Shown: positions 45,261 to 54,788, counted from the stretch's first letter. The stretch is 64,000 nucleotides of DNA from Phycisphaerae bacterium (GCA_039683615.1 JBDKRA010000022.1:197146-261145), one strand, 5' to 3'. Notes: generated by a model not told the origin, from the letters alone. Numbers and translations: made by a program.

Positions 45261-47882
45261 TCACAACTTCTGAAGCATTTGTTTCAGCGCCTGATAATCC
45301 GTCTTGCCCGTCCCGAGCACGGGGATCTCCTCGACGCGGATCACGCGGTGGATATTGTGCAGCGGCGAAAGGCCGATGCGGCGAATCTGGGCGTTGGCCT
45401 TTTCGCGATCGACGTCGAGGGCCGAGACAAGCACCAACTCCGGACGCTCGTGAGCTTCCTGGGCAACGACGGCCAGCTTCGGTGCGCCGTCATGGTCCGG
45501 TCCGGCCAGGGGCTCGAGTGCGGCCTCGATGGCCGGCAGCGACACCATCTCGCCTCCGAACTTGACGAACCGCCTCAGCCGCCCGTGGAAGGTCAGCACG
45601 CCGCCGGCGTCCTCGCTGACCAGGTCGCCCGTGCGATACCAGCTCTTGCCGTCGTGCTCGACAAACGGCGAGGGTCCGTCGTAGGCGAGGTATCCGCCAA
45701 AGACACTGGGGCCCCGCGCCAGCAGCATGCCCTTTTCGCCGCGGGGGGCAGGGCGGCCGGTGTCGACGTCGACGATGGCGTACTCGAGCGATTCCATCAC
45801 CTTGCCGATGGTGCCGGCCTGGGGGCTCTTGGGATCGTTGAGCGAGATGATCGGCGAGCATTCGGTGACGCCGTAGCCTTCGAGGATCATCGTCCGCGGG
45901 CAGGTGCGGGCGATGGCATCGTAGACTCGCGGCGGGCATTTTTCGGCGCCGGTGACAGCCATCCGCAGCGAGTCGAGCTGCCCGGCGCGGGCGGCCCGCA
46001 CGATCCCGCCCAGGAACGTCGGCGTGCCCATGAGGATCGTAGTGCGGTACGTTTCGATGATCAAGGCGAGGATCCCCGCCTCGTTGGGGTTGGGATGATA
46101 CACCACCGGCATGCCCGCCAGCAGCGGCGCGCACAGCGCCGCGGTGAGTCCGAAGGAATGGAACGGCGGCAGGATGCCCACCATGCGATCGCCCTGATGC
46201 AGGTCCACCATGCCCAGCACGTCGCGGAGGTTCGTCAGGATGTTGGTGTGCGTCAGCGGCACAGCCTTAGGCAGAGCCTCACTGCCACTGGTGAACAGGA
46301 CGGCCGCGGTCGCACTGACAGTCGCCTTGTCCAGGCTTCGCCAGCTCAGGCGCGACTTGAGCAGCGCGGCAATCTTTTGCCCTCGCGTGATCTTGCTGCG
46401 CAGGTCTTCCAGATACACGCACAGCGGCGCCAGGCTGCCCAGGTCCACGCCCTGCCCCGCCAGGCGCTGCACGAGGATGCGCGAGGTCAGCACGGCCGAA
46501 AGGCCGACGGCCTTGGCGGCGTGTTCGAGGTTGCGCCGCCCGATGGTCCAATTCAGCAGCACCGGCGTCTTGCCGGCAAAGGCCGTCGCCAGGTACGCCA
46601 CGCTGGCGCCCACCGAGGCCGGGAGCATCACGCCGACATTCTCGCCGGGCAGGACCTTGATGTGCCTCTGCAGGGCCATGATGCCCAGGATCGCGTCGCG
46701 ATACGTTCGTGCGCCGCTGGTCTGGTCGGCCATGCAGACGCGCCCCGTGCCACGACGGGCCTGCGTCAGAAACACCTGCGGGATCGTGTCGCCGGAGGCG
46801 AGCTTGACCGGCGCGCCGCGGGCGAACCAGCGGCGCGACGGTCCACGGATGGTCCGCTGCGACGCCGAAATGCCTTCGCCATACGCCGCCAGCATCACGT
46901 CGCCGACGGTCAGCAGCGAGTCGGTGTCGCCCTGGGGGTGGCCGAACTGCTGCTCGAGCCACACCAGCAGCTCCGTGCGCACCAGGGAGTCCAGGCCCAG
47001 GTCGCGGGCGAGGTGCTGCGAGTCGTCGATCTGCGCCAGGCCCGACAGCTCGAGCAGGTGCTCGGTGACGATCTGGCGCATCGCCGCGGGCACCGCTTCG
47101 AGCCGCCCGGCGTCGGCGTGCACCTGCGGCTCAGGCACGACGCGCGGGCCGCCACGCTCCCATATCGAGTACGGCACGTACGTGTTGCGCTGCGGGTCTG
47201 TGTTGTAGAACTTTTCGAGGTACTCGTTAATGACCGCGCGACCCTGGTCGCGCGGGAAATCGTCGGGCTCGATGGCTGTCAGGTCCACCCGCCGCCGCGG
47301 CGCGAAGAACACGCCGCTGGCCAGCAGCGCCAGCGCGCCCCGCTTGAGCGTGGTCGCCACGTCCGGAACGCGACCGGCGGCCCAACTGAACCCGCTGCCC
47401 CAGAGCCCCCTCTGGCGGATGAGCACTATCCGCGCGTCGGGTACTCGCGAGAGAACGTACTCCACCGCGCTGTTGCCGCGCACGTCTTCCATCGCCGTGC
47501 GGCAGAGCTGCCCGGCCGGGTAGAGCAGCGCGTTGCGTCCCCGGCGCAGCGACGCGACGATCCCGTCCAGAGCGGCCTCGACCTGCGGGGCGGCCTCGGG
47601 ACCGTACTTGGAGACGTCCGGAATGCCCAGCACGTGCATGCGTCCTGCCAGCCAGCGCACCAGGAAGCGGTCCACCTGGTCGCGGTCGGCCAGGAACCGC
47701 GGGACGAACGTCTTGTGCAGGCTGGCGGCCATGATGACCGGATCCATCAAGGCGTTGTGATTGGGCAGGAAGAGGATCTTCTTGCGCCCGCGCGCGGCCA
47801 CCGCGTCGAAGCCATGCAGGCGAATGCGATAGCGCAGCCACAGCAGCGACTTGACCCACCATCGCAGCAGCGTGTTAATCAT
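45261..47882 (-). CDS. aas: Tri-domain lysophospholipid acyltransferase / acyl carrier domain / acyl-ACP synthetase (Aas-like)
   Basis: The PlsC-type HX4D motif is NHNALMD. A phosphopantetheine-attachment-like LGLDSLVRTELLVWLEQQFG sits in the middle. The AMP-binding motifs are TSGSEALPKAVPLTH and YRTGDL. The start is at MINTLL (ATG 47882). Confidence 0.7.
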   Translation of the reverse strand: MINTLLRWWVKSLLWLRYRIRLHGFDAVAARGRKKILFLPNHNALMDPVIMAASLHKTFVPRFLADRDQVDRFLVRWLAGRMHVLGIPDVSKYGPEAAPQVEAALDGIVASLRRGRNALLYPAGQLCRTAMEDVRGNSAVEYVLSRVPDARIVLIRQRGLWGSGFSWAAGRVPDVATTLKRGALALLASGVFFAPRRRVDLTAIEPDDFPRDQGRAVINEYLEKFYNTDPQRNTYVPYSIWERGGPRVVPEPQVHADAGRLEAVPAAMRQIVTEHLLELSGLAQIDDSQHLARDLGLDSLVRTELLVWLEQQFGHPQGDTDSLLTVGDVMLAAYGEGISASQRTIRGPSRRWFARGAPVKLASGDTIPQVFLTQARRGTGRVCMADQTSGARTYRDAILGIMALQRHIKVLPGENVGVMLPASVGASVAYLATAFAGKTPVLLNWTIGRRNLEHAAKAVGLSAVLTSRILVQRLAGQGVDLGSLAPLCVYLEDLRSKITRGQKIAALLKSRLSWRSLDKATVSATAAVLFTSGSEALPKAVPLTHTNILTNLRDVLGMVDLHQGDRMVGILPPFHSFGLTAALCAPLLAGMPVVYHPNPNEAGILALIIETYRTTILMGTPTFLGGIVRAARAGQLDSLRMAVTGAEKCPPRVYDAIARTCPRTMILEGYGVTECSPIISLNDPKSPQAGTIGKVMESLEYAIVDVDTGRPAPRGEKGMLLARGPSVFGGYLAYDGPSPFVEHDGKSWYRTGDLVSEDAGGVLTFHGRLRRFVKFGGEMVSLPAIEAALEPLAGPDHDGAPKLAVVAQEAHERPELVLVSALDVDREKANAQIRRIGLSPLHNIHRVIRVEEIPVLGTGKTDYQALKQMLQKL

Positions 47883-49189
47883 GCGACCACCTCCGCGCTC
47901 TCTTGAGCCTGCCACCGGGCCGGACCTTTCTTGCGCAACACCAGGTGCAGCAGCAGCGCCGCCGGCAAGGCCGCCGCCGCCAGGGCGGCAAAAAGCGCCG
48001 ACGGCGCTATCCACGTGCATACCAGCGAATGCAGCAAGCCGGTCAGCATGATAGCCGCGAACACCAGGAAGTTGGAAGCGGCGATGGCACAACCCTTCTC
48101 CTGCGCCGCGGGCCGCACCTGGATGAAACTCTCGCAGGGAATCATGAACATGCCCCCGGCGATGCCGATCAATGCCAGCAGCACCATCAGCACCGGGAAC
48201 TGCGCGCCGGCGACCAGGAGCGGGACCGCCCCGACGGCCAAGGCGATGACGCCGATGACGGCCGACATTATCGGCAGCACGCGATACCATCGAGGGCCTG
48301 TGAAGAGCTTCGCCGCGATCAGCCCCCCCACCGCAATGCCCGTCAGCTCACTCAGCGCCAGCAGCCCGTTATACGAGTCGCTGAGCTTCAACTGGTTCGT
48401 GCCCATCTGCATGATGATCAGCACCTGCAGGTTGCCCATGCCCCAGATGAACGCGTCGGCCCAGAGCACGTTGGCCAACAGCCTGTCGCGACTGAGCCGT
48501 GCCAGGTCGAAGACCGTCTGCAGCGGCCCCAGCCTCGGAAAACGCGCCTTGGCGTCGGCCGCCCCACGCGATACCGTCCAGAGGCTGGCAACGATGCCCA
48601 CCGCCGCCACGGCCACCACCGACGCCGCGGCGATGTAACGACCCGCCAGCGGCGCTATGTCCGTGCTGGAGGACCCCAGCGCAAAGCCCGCCATCGCCAC
48701 GCCCAGGAGAATCGCCGCAGTGATCGCCGCCTTCAGGCGAGCATTGGCCGTGGGCACGAACGCGGGCGGGTACAGCTCCGGGATCGACCCGTTCAGCGCC
48801 GGGCTGAAGATCGCCGACTGCCAGCCCATGAAGAAGACCGTGATCAGCAGCAGAACGTAGTTCTGCGAAATGATCCCCACCGCGGCGATGCACATGGCCG
48901 CCAGTTCCATGATCTTGCTGGCGATGACGATGCGGCGCTTGGGGAAGCGGTCGGCCATCCACCCGCAGTATGCCGCGAAAACCACGAAGGGCAAGGCCAT
49001 GAGATTGGCCGCCAGGCCCGGCACGTATTGCCGCCCCGCGCGGTTGGCCAGCAGGATCACCACGGTCTTGAAGAAATTGTCGTTGAAGGCCCCAAGCGCG
49101 TACGTGCCGGCCATGGCAATAAACTTACCGCGGGCGCTAGCGATCTGATGTTTTGCGGCGTCGTCCATAGCGGCAACGAGTCCTTCCAT
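47879..49189 (-). CDS. lplT: MFS lysophospholipid transporter (LplT-like)
   Basis: A 12-TM MFS protein. It overlaps the aas start as ATGA, matching the conserved lplT-aas pairing. The start is placed at MEGLVAAMDD. Confidence 0.65.
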   Translation of the reverse strand: MEGLVAAMDDAAKHQIASARGKFIAMAGTYALGAFNDNFFKTVVILLANRAGRQYVPGLAANLMALPFVVFAAYCGWMADRFPKRRIVIASKIMELAAMCIAAVGIISQNYVLLLITVFFMGWQSAIFSPALNGSIPELYPPAFVPTANARLKAAITAAILLGVAMAGFALGSSSTDIAPLAGRYIAAASVVAVAAVGIVASLWTVSRGAADAKARFPRLGPLQTVFDLARLSRDRLLANVLWADAFIWGMGNLQVLIIMQMGTNQLKLSDSYNGLLALSELTGIAVGGLIAAKLFTGPRWYRVLPIMSAVIGVIALAVGAVPLLVAGAQFPVLMVLLALIGIAGGMFMIPCESFIQVRPAAQEKGCAIAASNFLVFAAIMLTGLLHSLVCTWIAPSALFAALAAAALPAALLLHLVLRKKGPARWQAQESAEVVA

Positions 49190-49221
49190 GGCCACGCTAC
49201 TATAGCGTCTAGCGGTCTCAA

Positions 49222-49322
49222 GTAGTAGCACGGACATCCCGCAAATAGCATGGGCGTCCCCGCGGGAACAGGGTCTCGCCCACGCTCCCTGAACTCCAAT
49301 CATCAGACGCCCGTGCTACTGG
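49222..49322. repeat. GTAGCACGG ... CCGTGCTAC element with an internal CATGGGCG hairpin (family F)
   Basis: gtagcacggacatcccg...catgggcgtccccgcggg...cagacgcccgtgctactgg lies immediately upstream of lplT. Confidence 0.5.
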
Positions 49323-49324
49323 TC

Positions 49325-49500
49325 ACTCTCGGACACCAAGGAAATTTTACCTATCTTTAATTCTCCTAAGTACTGGAAAGGACTAATGGTATGATTATGG
49401 ATTTTGTTATTTCTAGCGACTCCATGATTTTTTACTTGAAAGTACTAGGGGTTAGCCTGTAATATTCTCTCAACATTTACCCCACACCAGGGCATGGCAG
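49325..49500. promoter_or_regulatory. AT-rich island (about 35-40 % GC) in a divergent promoter region
   Basis: ggaaattttacctatctttaattctcctaagtactggaaaggactaatggtatgattatggattttgttatttctag... contrasts sharply with the genome background of about 68 % GC. It lies between lplT and the sigma-factor pair. Confidence 0.5.
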
Positions 49501-49578
49501 CCCTTCTCACGGGTTCCTGCGGCCAACCGGAGGCCGGAAGTCGGAACCACGAATCGGGACCCTTACGGAGATACCACT

Positions 49579-50157
49579 ATGTCCGTCGCCCCATGTGTAC
49601 ACGCTATGGATGCTCGCCCGCAAGTGGAGCAGTACCTCCCGCTGGCCCGCACGATCGCCTCACGCCTGAAACGCTGTTACTGCTGGGTGGATTCCGAAGA
49701 GCTCTACAGTTACGTCCTCCTGGGCCTCTCGCAGGCCGCCACGCAGTATGAAAACGATCAAGGCGTCACCTTCGCCGATTTCGCCGCCCGCAAGGCCATG
49801 TACCTGGCCATCGACCAGATGCGCAAGGACCGCGTGCTGTCCAAGGCCGGCGCCGCTCCGCGCCGCGTGGTCTTCAGCAGCGACCTGGCCGACGACGACA
49901 CCTCGCCGATGTCCATGACGGCTGTCGACCGCCGCTACGAAGAGCACTCGCGGCAGTCGGACCTGCGCGACTTTTTCTCGACCGTTCGCTCGCGGCTGTG
50001 CCCGTGGGAAAGCCTCTTGTTGAAGCTGCACTACGACAAGGGTCTGACGTTTCGTGAAATCGCCTGCCGCCTGGGCGTGGGGCAGCCGACCCTGAGCATG
50101 CGTCACAAACGCCTATTGTCCAAGCTCCGCCGCCTGGCGCAGCCTTGCTGGTGCTGA
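49579..50157 (+). CDS. Short sigma-70-family protein with regions 2 and 4 only (FliA/SigD-like paralogue)
   Basis: Region 2-like YVLLGLSQAATQYENDQGVTFADFAARKAMYLAIDQ. Region 4 HTH KGLTFREIACRLGVGQPTLSMRHKRLLSKLRR. GGAG lies 8 nt upstream of the ATG. Confidence 0.6.
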   Translation: MSVAPCVHAMDARPQVEQYLPLARTIASRLKRCYCWVDSEELYSYVLLGLSQAATQYENDQGVTFADFAARKAMYLAIDQMRKDRVLSKAGAAPRRVVFSSDLADDDTSPMSMTAVDRRYEEHSRQSDLRDFFSTVRSRLCPWESLLLKLHYDKGLTFREIACRLGVGQPTLSMRHKRLLSKLRRLAQPCWC

Positions 50158-50167
50158 TAAAGAGAGG

Positions 50168-50980
50168 ATGCCAGAGATGAACCCCAAAGCAATGCGTACG
50201 GATCCCGCGGCGGCCGATGAAAAACTCTGGAAGGATTTTCGACGCAGTGGCGACAGCCGCCTGCGCGGGCAACTGATCGAGCGGTACCTGCCACTGGTGA
50301 CCAGTACCGCCCAGCGCCTTTCCGCCCGCCTGCCCGGCAGCGTCGAGATCGACGACCTGGTCTCGGCCGGCACGTTCGGACTGATCCGCGCGGTGGCCGG
50401 CTATGACCCGCAGCGCGGCGTGAGCTTCGACGCCTACTGCATTCCGCGCCTGCGCGGGGCCATGCTCGACGAACTGCGGGCGATGGACTGGGTGCCGCGC
50501 GGGATCCGAAGCCGCGCCCGCGGCCTCGCCCGCGCCGGCGATACGCTGCGCGCCGCCCTGGGCCGCGCGCCCACCGACGCGGAACTGGCCCGCACCGTCG
50601 GCATCGACGAGCAGGAACTCCAAACGCTGCTGCCGCAGGCGAAGGTGGCCGGGGTCGTCTCGATCAATTGCCGCCCCAATGACACCGACGACGATCTGGA
50701 CATCACGGATATCGCCATGCGCGACGGCCGCGACCCGGGTCCGCTCGACGCCGCCATCCGCAACGAACTGCGCGACTACCTCGCGCGCGGGCTCAACCGA
50801 ACGCAGCGACTCATCATCGTGCTCTATTACTTTGAAGGCCTGACCATGAAGGAAACCGGCCTGGCAGTCGATCTGTCCGAAAGCCGCGTCAGCCAGATGC
50901 TCACGAACATCACCGGCCACCTCAGGGATCGCATGGAGCAGTACCGCCGCAATCAATCCCCCCCGCAAGAAGCGGCGTGA
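50168..50980 (+). CDS. fliA: RNA polymerase sigma factor, FliA/WhiG (sigma-28) family
   Basis: Region 2.x: RLRGQLIERYLPLVTSTAQRL...DLVSAGTFGLIRAVAGYDPQRGVSFDAYCIPRLRGAM. Region 3 is present. Region 4: LIIVLYYFEGLTMKETGLAVDLSESRVSQM. Confidence 0.75.
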   Translation: MPEMNPKAMRTDPAAADEKLWKDFRRSGDSRLRGQLIERYLPLVTSTAQRLSARLPGSVEIDDLVSAGTFGLIRAVAGYDPQRGVSFDAYCIPRLRGAMLDELRAMDWVPRGIRSRARGLARAGDTLRAALGRAPTDAELARTVGIDEQELQTLLPQAKVAGVVSINCRPNDTDDDLDITDIAMRDGRDPGPLDAAIRNELRDYLARGLNRTQRLIIVLYYFEGLTMKETGLAVDLSESRVSQMLTNITGHLRDRMEQYRRNQSPPQEAA

Positions 50981-50998
50981 ACAGAGGCTACGGGCTAC

Positions 50999-51634
50999 TT
51001 ACTTGCTCTTCCGTTCAATGCGCGAAGCGCAGCGGGCGTAGAGTTCGGCGACGCGATTCCAGTTCACTACCGACCACCATGCCGTAATGTAGTCGCTACG
51101 ACGGCTTTGGTACTTGAGGTAGTACGCGTGCTCCCAGACGTCCAGGCCCAGGATCGGCTGACAACCGTACATCAGCGGCGAGTCCTGATTGGGCGTGCTG
51201 AAGATGGTCAGTTGACCGTTGCCCTCGACCGCCAGCCATGCCCATCCGCTGCCGAATCGCGCCAGGGCGGCCTGCGTGAACTTATCCGACATCCTGCGAA
51301 AACTGCCGAACTGCTCGATCAGGGTCTGGCCGAGCGTTCCCTGGGGCGGCTCGGACCCGCCAGGGGTCATGATGCGCCAGAAGAAGCTGTGGTTGAGATG
51401 GCCGCCGGCGTAGTTGCGCACGTCCTGGCGGATGGCTTCGGGCACGCGAGCGATGTCGTAGAGAATTTCCTCCAGCGGCAGCGATTGCAGTTCCCTGTGT
51501 CCATCGAGAATCTTATTGAGATTGTTCACATACCCGCCATGGTGCCTGGCGTGATGAATCTCCATCGTCTCGGCGTCGATGTGAGGCTCCAGGGCGTCGT
51601 ACGGGTAGGGCAGGGCGGGCACTTCGTAAACCAT
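50999..51634 (-). CDS. Fe/Mn superoxide dismutase
   Basis: LPYPYDALEPHIDAETMEIHHARHH and the DVWEHAYY metal-ligand motif. Confidence 0.9.
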   Translation of the reverse strand: MVYEVPALPYPYDALEPHIDAETMEIHHARHHGGYVNNLNKILDGHRELQSLPLEEILYDIARVPEAIRQDVRNYAGGHLNHSFFWRIMTPGGSEPPQGTLGQTLIEQFGSFRRMSDKFTQAALARFGSGWAWLAVEGNGQLTIFSTPNQDSPLMYGCQPILGLDVWEHAYYLKYQSRRSDYITAWWSVVNWNRVAELYARCASRIERKSK

Positions 51635-51836
51635 TGATGCTCCTCACTTCCCGTGGAAACCGCCGCTGCCGATAGGCCGGCAGGCAGAGGCGGAACCGCT
51701 TCCACAGCACATTGTAGGGCCGCGTTCTCGCGGAACAAAAGACACACGCCAGATCGTCCGGCACTACTGTTCCATACGAATTAATCCGACCCGCGGATGC
51801 GACATGATCAGGAAAATACTTACTCCGCCATCTGCT

Positions 51837-52454
51837 CTAGAGCGCGACGAAGTTCGCCAGAATCTGCAGGCCTACCGCCTGGCTCTTCTCAGGGTGGAAC
51901 TGCGTGGCGAAGATGTTGTCTTTCCAGACGGCCGAGACGAAGTCGTAGCCGTAATCGGTGGTCGCGGCGACCACCGACTCGTCCATCGGCGCGACGTGAT
52001 AGCTGTGGGCGAAGTAGGCGTGCGAGCCGTCGGACACGCCGCGGAACAGGGGGCAGTCGCCCCGCAGGTGCAACTGGTTCCACCCCATGTGGGGCACGGC
52101 CAGCCGGCGCCCACCCAGGCCGTCCCAGTCGAAGCGCACGACCTTGCCCGTCAGCAGACCCAGGCCGGTGTGCTGGCCCAGCTCGTAGGAGACGTCGAAG
52201 AGCAACTGCAGCCCCAGGCAGAAGCCCAGGTACGGCACGCCGCGGCGGACGGCTTCAACGATAGGCTCGACCAGCCCCTGGCGGTGGAGTTGATCGATGG
52301 CGTCGCCGAATGCGGCCACGCCCGGCAGGACGATCTTCGAGGCGCCCGTCAGTTCCCCCGGCGTGCGCACCAGCCGCGCGTCGCCCCCGACGCGCTGCAA
52401 GGCCTTGTGGACGCTGGCGAGATTGCCCATGCCGTAATCAATTACTGCGATCAT
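51837..52454 (-). CDS. hisH: Imidazole glycerol phosphate synthase, glutamine amidotransferase subunit
   Basis: IAVIDYGMGNLASVHKAL, the catalytic Cys in GFCLGLQLL, and a C-terminal HPE. The start is at MIAVID. Confidence 0.9.
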   Translation of the reverse strand: MIAVIDYGMGNLASVHKALQRVGGDARLVRTPGELTGASKIVLPGVAAFGDAIDQLHRQGLVEPIVEAVRRGVPYLGFCLGLQLLFDVSYELGQHTGLGLLTGKVVRFDWDGLGGRRLAVPHMGWNQLHLRGDCPLFRGVSDGSHAYFAHSYHVAPMDESVVAATTDYGYDFVSAVWKDNIFATQFHPEKSQAVGLQILANFVAL

Positions 52455-52502
52455 GTTGTCTGTTTTACCACAGCCGCAGGCGCCGGCCAATACCTCTTCT
52501 GC

Positions 52503-54788
52503 TCAGGCGATGGCGATGATCGACTGCATTTCGCTCTGCATGCGCAGGAGTTTGGCGTACGTGCCTTCGGGCAATGCGGCCAACTCGTCGTGGGAGCCTT
52601 GCTCAATGATCCTGCCCTTTTCGAGCACGACAAGGTGGTCGGCCTTGCGCAGGGTCGAGAGGCGATGGGCGATGGCGATAGTAGTGCGGTTGGCCACCAG
52701 GCGGGCCAGGGCTTCCTGGATAAGCTTCTCGGTCTGTGTATCGACGGAGCTGGTGGCCTCGTCGAGGATCAGGATTGCCGGGTCGGACAGAATCGCCCGG
52801 GCAATGCTGATGCGCTGGCGCTCGCCGCCGGAAAGCGTGTGGCCGCGCTCGCCGATGAGCGTGTCGTAACCGTCGGGGAAGCTGACGATGAAGTCGTGCG
52901 CGTTGGCGGCCTTGCTGGCGGCGATGATCTGATCGATGGTCGCGCCGGGATGGCCGTAGGCGATGTTGCGCTCGACGGTCTCGTGGAAGAGGAAGGGCTC
53001 CTGCAGCACCACGCCGACGTGGCGGCGGAGGGTCTCGACGTCGTAGTCACGCACGTCGACGCCGTCGACGAGGATCTGCCCCTCCAGCACGTCGTAGAAG
53101 CGGCAGATCAGGTTCACCAGCGTCGTCTTGCCGCCGCCGGAAGGTCCGGCCAGGCCCAGCATCTTGCCCGGCTCGACGCGCAGCGAGACGTTATGCAGCA
53201 CCTTGCGAACGCCGTCGTAGCTGAAGCTGACATTGCGCAATTCGATGGCGCCGCGGACGGCCGGCGTCGCATGGGCGTCGTGCTTGGAGAAGATCGCCGG
53301 CTGGGCGTCGAGGATTTCAAAGATGCGCTGCACGGAACTGGCGGCCTTGTTGAACATGCGGTCTACGTGGGCGATCTGGTGAATCGGCTGGTAGAACATC
53401 CACATGTACCCGGTGAAGGCCATCAGCGTGCCGACGGTCATGGCCGGGTGGGCCTGGCCGTATTCCTTGGCGGCCCACCAGCCTCCGACGATCCACACCA
53501 GCAGCGAGCCCAGGTGCGTGCAGAACTCCATCACCGGGCCGAACAGCGTCCACAGGCCGATCATGGCCGTCTCGTCGCGGTAGTAGCTGGCATTGCGGTC
53601 GCTGAAGCGTTGGATCTCGCGCTTTTCCTGGCTGAAGGCCTTGATGACACGCACGCCGGGCAGGGCATCGGCGACGACGGCGGTCAGCAGGCCCCAGCGG
53701 TGGAAGAGGCGGTCGAAGCCGCGGTGCAGCAGTTTGTGGAAGATAATCGTCAGCACCAGCATCAGCGGCACCGGCAGCAGGACGATGCAGGCGAGCTTCC
53801 AGTTCATTATGAACAGCGCCACGCCCACACCGACGATGGTCAGCACGGAGGTGGCGACCTGCACGATCGTCCATGCCAGAAAATCCCAGATGCGGTCGCT
53901 GTCGCTGGTGATGCGCGTTACGAGCGAGCCGGTGGGGCGCTTGGAAAAGAAGCTCAGGCTCAGCTTGTGCAGGTGCGCGTAAGTGCGGTCTCGGATGTCG
54001 CGGCTGACGCGCGAGCCCAGCATTCCCATCAGGCGCTCGCGAACCGCGCCGGTCAGAGCGCCGACGAGCATCAGGCCGATCATGAAGAGGATGTATCCCA
54101 GCAGCACGTTGAAGTCCGGCCGGTGCGACCCGCCGGTGCCCAGGCCCTCGTCGAGCATGGGCTTGGTCAGGTACGGCCGCGCCAGCGCCGTGACCGTCGT
54201 CACCACCGCCAGCAACATGCCGATGACGGCCCGGCCTCGGTAGGGGCGCACGTAATCCAGCAGCCGCGTGAGCACCTTGCGTTTCGAGAGGCACGCCGGG
54301 CACGCTTCGGTCCAGGGCGGGATCACGCGGCCGCATGCTTCGCAGCGAATCTTCTTTTCTTCAGGGCGCGGCGCTTCCTCGGCGTGTTCGCCCTTGCCGT
54401 CGAGATGGCGTTCGAGCCGGCGGTGGATGGCGGCAATCTCGCGGGCACAGCGCAGCGTGTATCGCACCTCGCGCAGGACGCGCGAAGAATCGGCCAGGCG
54501 AAGGATGCTCATCCCCAGCCCTTCGACGATGGTTGCGGCCGCGACGGAATCCAGGTCTGTCCAGCACTCCTGCCAGGCGCCGCCGACGCATCGGAAGTCG
54601 CCCAGCCGCGAGGGCGTCAGCACCAGGTGCCCGTCGCAGTACATCCCGCAATCGTCGAGGTCGTAGTGGGCGCAGGCCTGCACGTCCGATTCGGCCGAGA
54701 GACGGGCCTGCAACCGCACAGCCAGTTCAGGCGGCAGGTGCGAGAGAAGCGGCTGCCCAGTCGGGTTGGATTGTTCCGTTGCCGTCAT
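52503..54788 (-). CDS. ABC exporter (fused TMD-NBD, MsbA-like) with an N-terminal Cys-rich cytoplasmic domain of about 170 aa
   Basis: Walker A GPSGGGKTT, signature LSGGERQRISIARAIL, Walker B ILILDEATSSVD, and 6 TM helices. The N-terminal extension has CAHYDLDDCGMYCDGH and a zinc-ribbon-like RCEACGRVIPPWTEACPAC. Confidence 0.8.
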   Translation of the reverse strand: MTATEQSNPTGQPLLSHLPPELAVRLQARLSAESDVQACAHYDLDDCGMYCDGHLVLTPSRLGDFRCVGGAWQECWTDLDSVAAATIVEGLGMSILRLADSSRVLREVRYTLRCAREIAAIHRRLERHLDGKGEHAEEAPRPEEKKIRCEACGRVIPPWTEACPACLSKRKVLTRLLDYVRPYRGRAVIGMLLAVVTTVTALARPYLTKPMLDEGLGTGGSHRPDFNVLLGYILFMIGLMLVGALTGAVRERLMGMLGSRVSRDIRDRTYAHLHKLSLSFFSKRPTGSLVTRITSDSDRIWDFLAWTIVQVATSVLTIVGVGVALFIMNWKLACIVLLPVPLMLVLTIIFHKLLHRGFDRLFHRWGLLTAVVADALPGVRVIKAFSQEKREIQRFSDRNASYYRDETAMIGLWTLFGPVMEFCTHLGSLLVWIVGGWWAAKEYGQAHPAMTVGTLMAFTGYMWMFYQPIHQIAHVDRMFNKAASSVQRIFEILDAQPAIFSKHDAHATPAVRGAIELRNVSFSYDGVRKVLHNVSLRVEPGKMLGLAGPSGGGKTTLVNLICRFYDVLEGQILVDGVDVRDYDVETLRRHVGVVLQEPFLFHETVERNIAYGHPGATIDQIIAASKAANAHDFIVSFPDGYDTLIGERGHTLSGGERQRISIARAILSDPAILILDEATSSVDTQTEKLIQEALARLVANRTTIAIAHRLSTLRKADHLVVLEKGRIIEQGSHDELAALPEGTYAKLLRMQSEMQSIIAIA

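Noticed and set aside
51655-51690. A GCCGATAG motif that resembles the sigma-28 -10 element (GCCGATAA), downstream of sod.
   Set aside because: There is no TAAA-like -35 at the required ~15-nt spacing, and it is not upstream of any gene in the correct orientation.
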